A DNA stretch of 64,000 bases from Terriglobia bacterium (lineage in GTDB: Bacteria > Acidobacteriota > Terriglobia > Bryobacterales > Bryobacteraceae), in NCBI GenBank assembly GCA_963709215.1, contig CAVPVO010000004.1:220101-284100 (forward strand), in the 5' to 3' direction. Under the pieces are notes generated by a model that was given only the letters and a program-made list of their open reading frames with translations, searched no databases and was not told where the DNA came from. Shown here piece after piece: positions 52,677 through 61,322 of this stretch; position 1 is the stretch's first letter, and each line of letters begins with the position of its first letter. The position numbers and the translations under genes were made by a program.

Positions 52677-53856
52677 ATGAAAATCCGCGCCACGCTCGTC
52701 GCTGCCTCTTTGTGTCTCGCTGCGCTGTCCTCGGTGAATGCGCAGGACCTCACCATCACGAATGTCCGCATCGTCGGCCCCGACGCCAAAGTGATCGAGC
52801 GCGGATCGATCGTCGTGCGCGGCGGCAAAATCGTCTCCGTTGCCGCCGGTAACCCCGCCTCCACCGCCGGGCGCACCATTGACGCCAAAGGCATGTCCGC
52901 CATGCCTGGTTTCATCGACGGGCATCGCCACATCAACACCGGCCCTAATGAGAAGGCGCAGATGCAGGCGCTGCTCGAAGCCGGCTACACGACTGTGCTC
53001 TCCGGCGGCGGCCCCGCGGAAGGCAACATCACCTTGCGCGATCACATCGAGCAGCGGCATGATCAACGGTCCGCGCATTATCCCCTCGGGGTCTATCCGG
53101 CTGAACAACAACACGCCCGACACGGCGCGCGCCGAGGTGCGGAAGATGGCCGCCATGGGCATTAAGTTCACGGGCGAGATCGCGCTTACGCCCGTCCCCG
53201 GCCCGAGCGAGAAGGAGATCGAGACCCTGCGCGCCATTGTCGACGAGGCGAAGAAAGCCGGCGTCATGGTGCAGGTGCATGCGGTGAGTTCGAAAGCGAT
53301 GGTTGCGGCGGTCGAAGCCGGCGTGCCGCTGCTGGTGCACCTGCCCAACAAGGACTGGGTCAGCAAAGAAGACGCGAAGAAGGTCGCGGCGGCGGGCACG
53401 AAAGTGCTGGGCACGACCGCGTTCGGTTCGCCCGTCTTCGGCGTTTTCGCCGATGACAACAAGCCGCGCTTCCGCGATGGCAAGCCGTGGCCCGAAGGCA
53501 TCGTCGACGGGGTCCGTCTGGGTGAAGAAGCCGGATACATGCCAGTGAATGCGCGCACGATCTGGGATGCCGGGGTGGTGCTCGGCTACTGCACTGACAC
53601 CACGTACGATCCGCTGGCTGGTCTCGATCACGAGCTGAAAATGCTGAACGTCATGTTCTCGATGAAGGACCTGGTCAAGATGATGGGGCCGAATACCGCT
53701 TCTTACATTCAGATGGGCGATCAGCTCGGCACGCTGGAGGCGGGGAAGATCGCCGACATCGTGCTGCTGAACGGCGATCCGCTGGAGGGCTACTGGAACT
53801 GGCTGAAGACGAAGGTTGTGGTTAAGGGCGGCGTGGTGGTTGTGGATAAGCGTTAG
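52677..53856 (+). CDS. secreted amidohydrolase family protein, one frameshift near 53055
   Basis: ORF 52677..53165 gives a signal peptide, then ITNVRIVGPD..VVRGGKIVSV..AMPGFIDGHRHI. The sequence continues in ORF 52840..53856 as GMINGPRIIPSG..VQVHAV..CTDT..GTLEAGKIADIVLLNGDPLE. Confidence 0.75.
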
Positions 53857-53927
53857 TTGCCGCTTGCTCACGCGCGCGGTTCAGTAAGTGCGGCCTGGCA
53901 GTCCGATTTCTCCGCTATCATTAGCCC

Positions 53928-55277
53928 ATGAAGCGATCGATTTGGGTGGTGCTGTGCCTTTCCACGGGAACCGCATTCGCAGCCGATTCCGTCACCTTCC
54001 ACAAAGATGTCGAAGCCATCCTTCAGGCCAACTGCCAGAGCTGCCATCGGCCCGGCCAGGTGGCGCCGATGTCGTTGCTGACCTACGAAAACGCCCGGCC
54101 CTGGGCGAAGGCCATCAAGACCGCCGTGCTTTCTAAAAAGATGCCGCCATGGTTCGCCGATCCGCGCTTCGGCCACTTCGCCAACGACCGCACTTTGAAA
54201 CAATCCGATATCGACATCATCGCGAAGTGGGCCGATGCCGGGGCGCCGGAAGGCAATCCGAAAGACGCGCCCGCCGCGAGGACGTGGCCTGCCGACGGCT
54301 GGGAGATTCCGCCGGACATCGTCGTGGATGGTCCCGAATTCCCCGTCCCCGCGCATCCCAGCGCAAACGTCATCGAGTGGATGTATGTCACGGTGCCGAG
54401 CGGCATCAAAGAAGACACCTGGGTTACGTCGATGGAGATTCGGCCGAGCGAGCCATCGGTCACGCACCACATCTGCGTCTATTTCAGGCCGCATACAGCG
54501 GACGTGAAGTACAACACGCCCGTGTGGGATGCACGCCCGCGGGACGATCAGGGCCGCGCGCCCGCTGAAGCCGCCGGGGCCAACGGAAAGAATCTTCCCG
54601 ACTCCGTTCTGGCGGGCGCGGGTGGTCCGCAGGGCTGCTACGTGCCTGGCCAGTATACGCAGGACTATCGCCCGTTCCATGCGGCGAAACTCATCAAAGC
54701 CGGCACGGACATGGTCTTCCAGCTTCACTACACGCCTAACGGGAAGGATGTCGTGGATCATCCGCGACTCGGCTTTACGGTATCGAAGACACCGCCGGAG
54801 CGCACGTTCATGACGATCGGTACGTCGGCGCCCAGCGATGCGAAGAGCTTTGCGATTCCCCCCAACAATCCCAACTGGGAGAGCCCGCCTATGCAGGCAG
54901 AGTTCCTGGCCGACGCCGAACTGGTGACGATGTTCCCGCACATGCACGTGCGCGGGAAGGACATGACGTACACGCTGACATTCCCCGATGGCCACACTGA
55001 AACCATCCTCAGCGTGCCGCGCTACGATTTCAACTGGCAGCTGGAGTACGACGTGGCGCAGCCGATCAGGATTCCCAAAGGCACGCGCATCAAGGTCACC
55101 GCGCATTTCGACAACTCGGCGAATAACAAGTTCAATCCCGACCCCAATCAGACCGTTTACTACGGCGACATGACATGGGAGGAAATGATGTTCCCGTTCT
55201 TCAGCGTGACGGTGGATCCGGCAGCGCCGAAGCGGGTGATCCGCATTGTGCGAGGGAAAGAAGGAGATGGGGCGTAG
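53928..55277 (+). CDS. secreted monoheme cytochrome c domain fused to a copper-monooxygenase (PHM/DBH)-like beta-sandwich region
   Basis: Signal peptide. FHKDVEAILQANCQSCHRPGQVAPMSLLTYENARPWAKAI..KKMPPW. The downstream His-rich blocks VTHHICVYF and MFPHMHVRGK are reminiscent of Cu2_monooxygenase folds. The second-domain call is tentative. Confidence 0.5.
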   Translation: MKRSIWVVLCLSTGTAFAADSVTFHKDVEAILQANCQSCHRPGQVAPMSLLTYENARPWAKAIKTAVLSKKMPPWFADPRFGHFANDRTLKQSDIDIIAKWADAGAPEGNPKDAPAARTWPADGWEIPPDIVVDGPEFPVPAHPSANVIEWMYVTVPSGIKEDTWVTSMEIRPSEPSVTHHICVYFRPHTADVKYNTPVWDARPRDDQGRAPAEAAGANGKNLPDSVLAGAGGPQGCYVPGQYTQDYRPFHAAKLIKAGTDMVFQLHYTPNGKDVVDHPRLGFTVSKTPPERTFMTIGTSAPSDAKSFAIPPNNPNWESPPMQAEFLADAELVTMFPHMHVRGKDMTYTLTFPDGHTETILSVPRYDFNWQLEYDVAQPIRIPKGTRIKVTAHFDNSANNKFNPDPNQTVYYGDMTWEEMMFPFFSVTVDPAAPKRVIRIVRGKEGDGA

Positions 55278-56151
55278 GTTGCGTTGCCACTCCCTCACGG
55301 TCGCGGTTCTGTTTGGCGGCATTGCATGGGCGCAGCCGGGGTACTCGGACCGTTTCATCGAGGTCAACGGACTTCGGCTGCATTACCTTGACTGGGGTTC
55401 GCCTGAGAAGCCGCCGTTCATCATGCTGCACGGCATCAGCCGGGTGGCGCATCAGTTCGATCACCTTGCGCCGTATTTCACGGCGAATTATCACGTCATG
55501 GCGATCGATATGCGCGGGCATGGCGATTCGGCGTGGTCGCCGGAAGGCGCATACGTTGTGGAGGACTACGTCAGGGACCTCGAAGCGTTTGCCGACCAGC
55601 TGCATCTGGCGAATCTGACTTTGCTGGGGAACTCGACCGGCGGGCGCGTGGTGCAGGTCTATGCGGGGCTGCATCCGGACCGCGTGGCGCGTCTCGTTGT
55701 GGAAGACGTGGGGCCGGAGCGCACGAATGAAATCGCATCCGCTTTCACGCGTCAGGTGGAGGCCGAGAAAGACGGCTGGGCATCGGAGGATGAGCTGGTG
55801 GCGTATCTGAAAAAGACGAACGCCAAAACGCCGGAGCCGATTCTGCGGACGTACGCGCATTTTGCGAGCCGGGCGCGGGCGGACGGGCGCATTGTCTGGA
55901 AACGCGACCCGAATCTTGCCAAAGGCTTCGTGCCGACGGAACTTTGGCGGTTTGTCGGGCAGATTACGTGTCCGACCATTTACATTCTGGGCGGAGCCAG
56001 CCGGATCGTGCCGCCGGAGACGCAGGAAAAACTTAAGGCAACGCTGCCGAATGTGCAGATTGTGGTGATGCCTGGCCTGGGGCACTATCCGGATCAGGAG
56101 GACACGGCGGGTTTTGTGCCGATCGTGGAGAAATTTCTGGGCCACGCATAA
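55267..56151 (+). CDS. alpha/beta hydrolase (secreted)
   Basis: AAGGAG RBS then ATG 55267. VNGLRLHYLDWG..FIMLHGIS..MRGHGDS..LLGNSTGG (GxSxG)..PGLGHYP. Confidence 0.8.
   Translation: MGRRLRCHSLTVAVLFGGIAWAQPGYSDRFIEVNGLRLHYLDWGSPEKPPFIMLHGISRVAHQFDHLAPYFTANYHVMAIDMRGHGDSAWSPEGAYVVEDYVRDLEAFADQLHLANLTLLGNSTGGRVVQVYAGLHPDRVARLVVEDVGPERTNEIASAFTRQVEAEKDGWASEDELVAYLKKTNAKTPEPILRTYAHFASRARADGRIVWKRDPNLAKGFVPTELWRFVGQITCPTIYILGGASRIVPPETQEKLKATLPNVQIVVMPGLGHYPDQEDTAGFVPIVEKFLGHA
55284..55309. repeat. 26-nt core fragment of the MITE/REP-like element inside the 5' coding region of the hydrolase gene
   Basis: ttgccactccctcacggtcgcggttc differs at one position from the core of copies 10054-10079 and 12871-12896. 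Here it encodes RCHSLTVAVLF. Confidence 0.8.
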
Positions 56152-56740
56152 ACGCCTGCGGGGTATCTGAATAAACGAAGCCATTTGACGGCTTCGCGGG
56201 TTTCGTTTCAAGCGTTTGCGGCACGGTTTGGGGCTTCGTTTCGGCTTCAGCACGGCGGGCGGCCTGGAGTTCGCGGAGTTGTTTCAGGTCGGCCTGAGCT
56301 TTGCGGTGGAGGCGCATTTCGTAAGTCGTCAACAGGTGAAAGCGCTTCGGGTCGTTGGTGAAGGTGCGCATCGGGGCCAGGGCGCGGTCGATGCCGTCGT
56401 AATCGAATTCTTTTTCGGCGGCGTGGTTTTCTTCGTTCCAGGCTTCGGCGGCGAAGATGTTGTCCTCAATGGCAACGGCTCGGTGAAGGCGCCAGTGGGA
56501 ATCCGCGATGGACTGGACGAGAGTTTCTTCCATGGCGCCGACGGGTTTGAGGTCTTCGAAGATGCCGTCGGTGAAACGGCCGCGGGCTTCCGCTTCTTCA
56601 GCGGTCATGATGACGCGCTGGCCGGTGAGACCGTGCTTGTACGCGTTGAGGCTGGAATTGCGTTTGCCTTCGTCGGTGCGCGGGCCGGTTGATTGCTGCG
56701 CGTTCCGGCGATTCGCTTCGGCTTGTTTTTCTGTTGCCAC
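56033..56740 (-). CDS. conserved hypothetical protein (basic N-terminal motif, no assignable domain)
   Basis: MATEKQAEANRRNAQQSTGPRTDEGKRNSSLNAYKHGLTG... I recall this N-terminal pattern from multi-copy hypothetical proteins in Acidobacteria and Planctomycetes. The last ~40 codons overlap the convergent hydrolase gene, so the true 3' end is uncertain. Confidence 0.5.
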   Translation of the reverse strand: MATEKQAEANRRNAQQSTGPRTDEGKRNSSLNAYKHGLTGQRVIMTAEEAEARGRFTDGIFEDLKPVGAMEETLVQSIADSHWRLHRAVAIEDNIFAAEAWNEENHAAEKEFDYDGIDRALAPMRTFTNDPKRFHLLTTYEMRLHRKAQADLKQLRELQAARRAEAETKPQTVPQTLETKPAKPSNGFVYSDTPQAFMRGPEISPRSAQNPPCPPDPDSAPGQASPQSAHSAALP

Positions 56741-56927
56741 AGGTGAAGGCTCCTTTTACCGAAAGCAGTAGCATGGCGGAGGTGCGAAACCGGGCGCATC
56801 GGCGGCAGTCGACGCGCGTGGATTCGGTCTAAGGCGATGGCGGCAGGGGAGTTCGGGCGCGGGAGCAATTATTTCGCCGGGTGGTGACCGCGAAACGAGC
56901 GCGTCATCTGAATGATGGCACTGGTCG

Positions 56928-56957
56928 TATAATCGCTTTGATCGGAGCTTTGATCGG
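56928..56957 (+). promoter_or_regulatory. TATAAT box followed by a tandem 12-bp repeat (GCTTTGATCGGN x2) upstream of gene 56988
   Basis: TATAAT at 56928-56933. GCTTTGATCGG at 56935-56945 and again at 56947-56957. GGAGGGG RBS at ~56977. No convincing -35 box. Confidence 0.3.
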
Positions 56958-56987
56958 CTAACGGGCCAATTCTTCGGAGGGGATTAT

Positions 56988-59000
56988 ATGAAACGATTGC
57001 TGCATCCTGTGGTAGCCATGATGACGTTGCTGTTACCGGGGGCGGTGTTTGCCAATGTGACAGGCTCGCCGACGGTAAACAGCGGCCAGACGCTGAGTCT
57101 GGAAACGGGAACGAGTTCGGGTACCCAGGACATTCTTTTCACCGGCACCGGGATATCTTTTCAGGGGAGCGCGAAGGGCGCCAACCTGACTGCGTTGAGC
57201 GGCTTGTCCGGCTCGTCGTCATTCACTTCGCTCACCAGCGCCGGTGCGACCGCATTCAGCGGCTTCAGCAGTCTTTTTTCGAGCGCTTCGATAACGCCGC
57301 TGACGGCCGGCGCGATCATTGCTTACAAAACCAATGCCGGCAACACGGGCGCGCTGCTGCTCAACACGGTTAGTACCAGTTCCATCAGCATTCAGTTCGT
57401 CACCTTCGAATCAGGCACAGGCGGCGGCTCCGGCGGGCCTTCCATCAGTGCCGTTCTTAACAACTACGGCCTGGTGCCGACTGGATTTACCAATTCCAGC
57501 ATCGCGCCCGGGACGCTTTTCATCATCAAAGGCTCCGGCCTGTCGACGATCACCACTGCGGTTCTTCAGAACCCCGCGGCGCCGGGCCTGCCGAGTACGC
57601 TGGGCGGAACAACCGTCAGCGTTACGGTGAACGGCACTACGACACATCCCGCGTTCTACTACGCCGAGGCCGTACAGCTTGCGCTTGTGCTGCCTTCCAA
57701 CACACCCGCCGGAACGGGAACGGTCACGGTGACGGTCAACGGGCAGAGTGCACAGGCCCCGATTACCGTGGTGGCCAGCAACTTCGGGATGCTCTCGGCC
57801 GATCAGACCGGCAGCGGCACGGTGAAGGCGGTGAATCCGAATAACGCTGCCAACCCCTACATCAGCTTCACGAACTCGGCACCGCCGGGTCAGATTATTT
57901 CGATCTACGGTTCAGGGCTGGGAGCCGATCCGACGAGAGATGTCCAGTTCGTACAGCCGACCGGCGCGCAGATTAACGGCCTGTCCGCGTTTTATGTCGG
58001 CGGCATGCAGGTGCAGATCCAGTATCAGGGCGCGTCCGGATATCCGGGACTTAACCAAGTCAATATTGTGCTGCCCAGCAATGTGCCGACCGGTTGCTTT
58101 GTTTCAATCGTGGGCGTTACCGCCGCGGGAGTTCCGACCAATTTCCTCACGCTGCCGATCGGAAGCGGTGTCTGTCAGGATGCCGGGCTGGGATACAGCG
58201 GTTCCACGCTGACATCACTGAGCGGCCAGACCAACGTCAGAAGCGGTTTCGTGGGAATTGGCTATAGTTCTTCGCCCAACATCACCGGCGGCGGCACGCA
58301 GGTGACCGCGTCGGCTTTTGCTTCTTTCTCGCAATACACGGGCAGCACTTATGGCACGAGCACCGATTCAGTCGTCTCAATCGGCGGCTGTATCGTCAGT
58401 GAGTCACTGGGGACCACGGCAGCGACGCTAGGGACCACGACCCCCCTGAACGCGGGGACGATCACGGTTACGTCTCCCAACGCCGGCATCTCGCCGGTGC
58501 AGTTGATGGGGAACAGTTTTGTGGCCGGCGTGTACGAAGCGGAGCTGCCGTCGGGATTCCTGACCCAGGCGGGCGGAACGTTCCCGATCAGCGCCACCGC
58601 AGGGACGACGGCTCCCGCGGTCGGAGCCTTCAGCACACAGGTGGCGTTTCCCACTCCGCTGCTGACCTGGACCAATCAGGCGGCCGACGGCACGGTGGTG
58701 CGCAGTTCCGGAGTCACTGTGACCTGGAGCAGCGGGTCGCCGGGAACCTACGTGGAAATCAGCGGAGTTTCGATCGGCGCTTCGACATACGGCTTCTTCA
58801 GCTGCCTTGCCCCGGTGGCAGCCGGAACTTTCACCGTGCCGCCCTATGTGCTGGCGACTCTGCCCGCGAGCCTGAGTGGCGCGCCGGGAAGTCTTTCCGT
58901 CGGGAACTACACAGGACTACAGACGTTTACCGCATCCGGACTCGATGTCGGCTTCGCCGAGGGCTATGTGAATTACACCATCAATGCCGTTTATCAATGA
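56988..59000 (+). CDS. large secreted Ser/Thr/Gly-rich Ig-like repeat protein with an internal TIGR03437-like segment
   Basis: Signal MKRLLHPVVAMMTLLLPGAVFA. ..APGTLFIIKGSGL..TTVSVTVNGT..AVQLALVLPSNTPAGTGTVTV.., and GASGYPGLNQVNIVLPSNVPTGC. Confidence 0.6.
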   Translation: MKRLLHPVVAMMTLLLPGAVFANVTGSPTVNSGQTLSLETGTSSGTQDILFTGTGISFQGSAKGANLTALSGLSGSSSFTSLTSAGATAFSGFSSLFSSASITPLTAGAIIAYKTNAGNTGALLLNTVSTSSISIQFVTFESGTGGGSGGPSISAVLNNYGLVPTGFTNSSIAPGTLFIIKGSGLSTITTAVLQNPAAPGLPSTLGGTTVSVTVNGTTTHPAFYYAEAVQLALVLPSNTPAGTGTVTVTVNGQSAQAPITVVASNFGMLSADQTGSGTVKAVNPNNAANPYISFTNSAPPGQIISIYGSGLGADPTRDVQFVQPTGAQINGLSAFYVGGMQVQIQYQGASGYPGLNQVNIVLPSNVPTGCFVSIVGVTAAGVPTNFLTLPIGSGVCQDAGLGYSGSTLTSLSGQTNVRSGFVGIGYSSSPNITGGGTQVTASAFASFSQYTGSTYGTSTDSVVSIGGCIVSESLGTTAATLGTTTPLNAGTITVTSPNAGISPVQLMGNSFVAGVYEAELPSGFLTQAGGTFPISATAGTTAPAVGAFSTQVAFPTPLLTWTNQAADGTVVRSSGVTVTWSSGSPGTYVEISGVSIGASTYGFFSCLAPVAAGTFTVPPYVLATLPASLSGAPGSLSVGNYTGLQTFTASGLDVGFAEGYVNYTINAVYQ

Positions 59001-59161
59001 GGTTGTCTGCTTCGGGTGGGTTTGACGTCAACGCAACGTATCAGTGATCGGCGCGGAAGGCAAGAAACGGCGCGACACAAGCAACGCCGGGCGGAAGCCC
59101 GGCGGGACCCCAAAGGGTACCCCTGGAAAGCCTGGCCCCACTAAATCCGGGAGCGGCCACA

Positions 59162-60280
59162 TCATTTGATGTTTGACGCGATCCACTTCTGCAGGAACGC
59201 GGCGACTTCCATGCTGTTCTTCTCGAGCATCACCATGTGACCGTTGCCGTGGATGCCGGCGTCGCCCAGGCGCACGAATGTGTTTTTGACTCCGGCCTGC
59301 GTCAGGTATTTCGCCGTGCAGTGATCGTACGGGGCGTGGTACGAGGCTTCGGTAACTGCCAGCAGGATCGGGATGCCCTGCAAGTTGACCAGGCGGTGCG
59401 GCGGGTCGGACTGCTTCCAGCATACGGCGAGGTCGGGTGCATCCGACTTTTCTTCGCGCACCGGGTTGAGTTCGGCGGCGGACTTCACAGGCGGGTTGTA
59501 GGTTAAGGGGATGTCGGCTATGCCCCACTCGCGGTTCTTGTCTTCATTCACAACGGCGTTGCGGAATGGCGGACCGGCGGGCTCGATGGCCACGATGCCT
59601 TTTACGGCTTTCGGACGGCTGTCCGCCAGCACCCACCCGAACGCTCCCGACTGCGAATGCGTGACCAGGATCGCGGGGCCGATCTTATCGAGAAGCGCGG
59701 CGCCCGCGTCGCGAATCAGCGTCTCGGTTTCAGCGGCGCTGGCGAGGCTTTCCACCTGGGTGGCGGCGAAGGCGTCGAATACGGGATCGCCGCGGCGGCC
59801 TTTCATCGGGCTGTCGCTCGGCCATTGCGTGTGCAGCTTCGCTTGTGGCCACCAGCCGCCGGTTTCCGGAGACGTGAAGCGCTTCTCTTCGTCGGAAAGA
59901 GTGAGAATCGTCAGGCTCCCGTTGATATTCGGATGCCAGGCGGATCGTCCGCGCGCGGGCTGATCGACGAGATAAACGAGATAGCCCTGGGCGAGAAAGT
60001 AGTCGGCCCAGCCGGGACGGCCGTCGGGAGTGCCGAGCCAGTTCGTCCCGGTCTGTGAGTTGCCGTGGAAGAAAACGAGCGGATATTTTCGCGTGACGCG
60101 CGCGGGGCGGAGGGCTTCGACGTACATCTGACCGGCCATGGTCTCGCCGGAGTACTTGCCGCCGACGTAGAAATAGTCGCGCGTCGCGAGGACGTGCTGG
60201 GTGGGCGCCGGTGCACCGAACGCCCCCGCAGCAATCAGGAAGAGTGCGGCCGTTACGTGGTAGACTTCGCTCGAAAACAT
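59162..60280 (-). CDS. secreted alpha/beta hydrolase
   Basis: Internal start MFSSEVYHVTAALFLIAAGAFGA (ATG 60280). PLVFFHGNSQTG..ILVTHSQSGAFG..GIHGNGHMVMLE. The upstream part of ORF 59162..60550 was rejected. Confidence 0.7.
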   Translation of the reverse strand: MFSSEVYHVTAALFLIAAGAFGAPAPTQHVLATRDYFYVGGKYSGETMAGQMYVEALRPARVTRKYPLVFFHGNSQTGTNWLGTPDGRPGWADYFLAQGYLVYLVDQPARGRSAWHPNINGSLTILTLSDEEKRFTSPETGGWWPQAKLHTQWPSDSPMKGRRGDPVFDAFAATQVESLASAAETETLIRDAGAALLDKIGPAILVTHSQSGAFGWVLADSRPKAVKGIVAIEPAGPPFRNAVVNEDKNREWGIADIPLTYNPPVKSAAELNPVREEKSDAPDLAVCWKQSDPPHRLVNLQGIPILLAVTEASYHAPYDHCTAKYLTQAGVKNTFVRLGDAGIHGNGHMVMLEKNSMEVAAFLQKWIASNIK

Positions 60281-61124
60281 GCTGCTGCCAGTCCTCCTTG
60301 CGTTCGCCGCCGCCAATGCGACTCCGCGCACCCGTGAAGTCGTACATCGAACTGATCCCGGCGGTGGCGCCGTCTCCATAGAGGTTATCGCGGAAGGGCG
60401 CGGGCCGCTGATTGTGCTGCTGCCGTCGCTGGGGCGCGATTCCGAGGAGTTCGATCCGGTGGCGCAGCGGCTGGCGGAGGCGGGGTTTCGGGTGCTGCGT
60501 CCGCAGCCGCGCGGATACGGCAAGAGCACCGGGCCGATGACGGGCATCACGCTGCACGATTATGCGCGCGACGTGGCGGCGGTGGTGGAGCGGGAGAAGG
60601 CGGGGCCGGCGATTCTGGCGGGGCACGCATTCGGGCATTTCGTGGCGAAGATGACGGCAGTGGATTATCCGCAGCTGGTGCGGGCGGTGATTCTGATCGG
60701 CGCGGCGCAGAAGAATCCGGATCCGGAGGTGCAGAAGTCGGTGGCTATTGCGAGCGATCCCACGCAGCCGGAAGCGGAGCGGCTGAAGCATCTGGAGAAG
60801 GTCTTCTTCGCGCCCGGCAATGATGCGAGGCCGTGGCTGACGGGGTTTCACGCGGAGGTTCGGGCAGCCGAAATCGTCGCGCGCGATGCGACACCGCAGA
60901 AAGAATACTGGTCGGCGGGGACGGCGCCGATACTCGACATCCAGGGATCGAACGATCCGTATCGGCCGCCCTCCAGTGCGGATGAACTGGTGAGGGAGCT
61001 TGGCGCGAAGCGGGTGCGGACGGTGGTGATTCCGCATACGGCGCATGCGGTGATCGTGGAGCAGCCGCGCGCAGTGGCGGATGCCATCGCGATGTACGCA
61101 AAATCACTTCCGCGAAAACCTTAG
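60279..61124 (+). CDS. alpha/beta hydrolase fold protein with Ala at the nucleophile-elbow position (GHAFG)
   Basis: Signal MLLPVLLAFAAANA. LIVLLPSLGRDSEEF..RGYGKSTG..ILAGHAFGHFVA..HTAHAVIVEQP. Confidence 0.7.
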   Translation: MLLPVLLAFAAANATPRTREVVHRTDPGGGAVSIEVIAEGRGPLIVLLPSLGRDSEEFDPVAQRLAEAGFRVLRPQPRGYGKSTGPMTGITLHDYARDVAAVVEREKAGPAILAGHAFGHFVAKMTAVDYPQLVRAVILIGAAQKNPDPEVQKSVAIASDPTQPEAERLKHLEKVFFAPGNDARPWLTGFHAEVRAAEIVARDATPQKEYWSAGTAPILDIQGSNDPYRPPSSADELVRELGAKRVRTVVIPHTAHAVIVEQPRAVADAIAMYAKSLPRKP

Positions 61125-61157
61125 CGCAGTTTCGCGACAAGCGTGGATGAAGTAAAA

Positions 61158-61182
61158 GCGCCGGCGGCAAGACCGCCGGCGG
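61158..61182. terminator. GC-rich hairpin CGCCGGCGG-CAAGA-CCGCCGGCG, second copy of the ~35-nt element
   Basis: taaaagcgccggcggcaagaccgccggcggtacagg here, versus taaaagaaccggcggcaagaccgccggcgctacagc at 46215-46250. It lies 34 nt downstream of the stop at 61124. Confidence 0.5.
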
Positions 61183-61322
61183 TACAGGACGTTTAGGCTA
61201 CTGGCGTGCGGGTGCAGCCGGACGTGCCGGGAAATGCAGCACAAAACAGGCCGTCTGAGACAGTTCCCGCAGGGTCGTTTTGCAGCCTCAATGTGGCACG
61301 ATAACTCAAAAAGGAATCCAAG

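Noticed and set aside
61294-61299. Sigma-54 promoter suggested by TGGCAC upstream of gene 61323 (also TGGCAC at 35517-35522)
   Set aside because: The required GC of the -12 element (TTGC) is not present at the correct 12-nt spacing in either case. The 35.5 kb site is inside coding sequence on the wrong strand.
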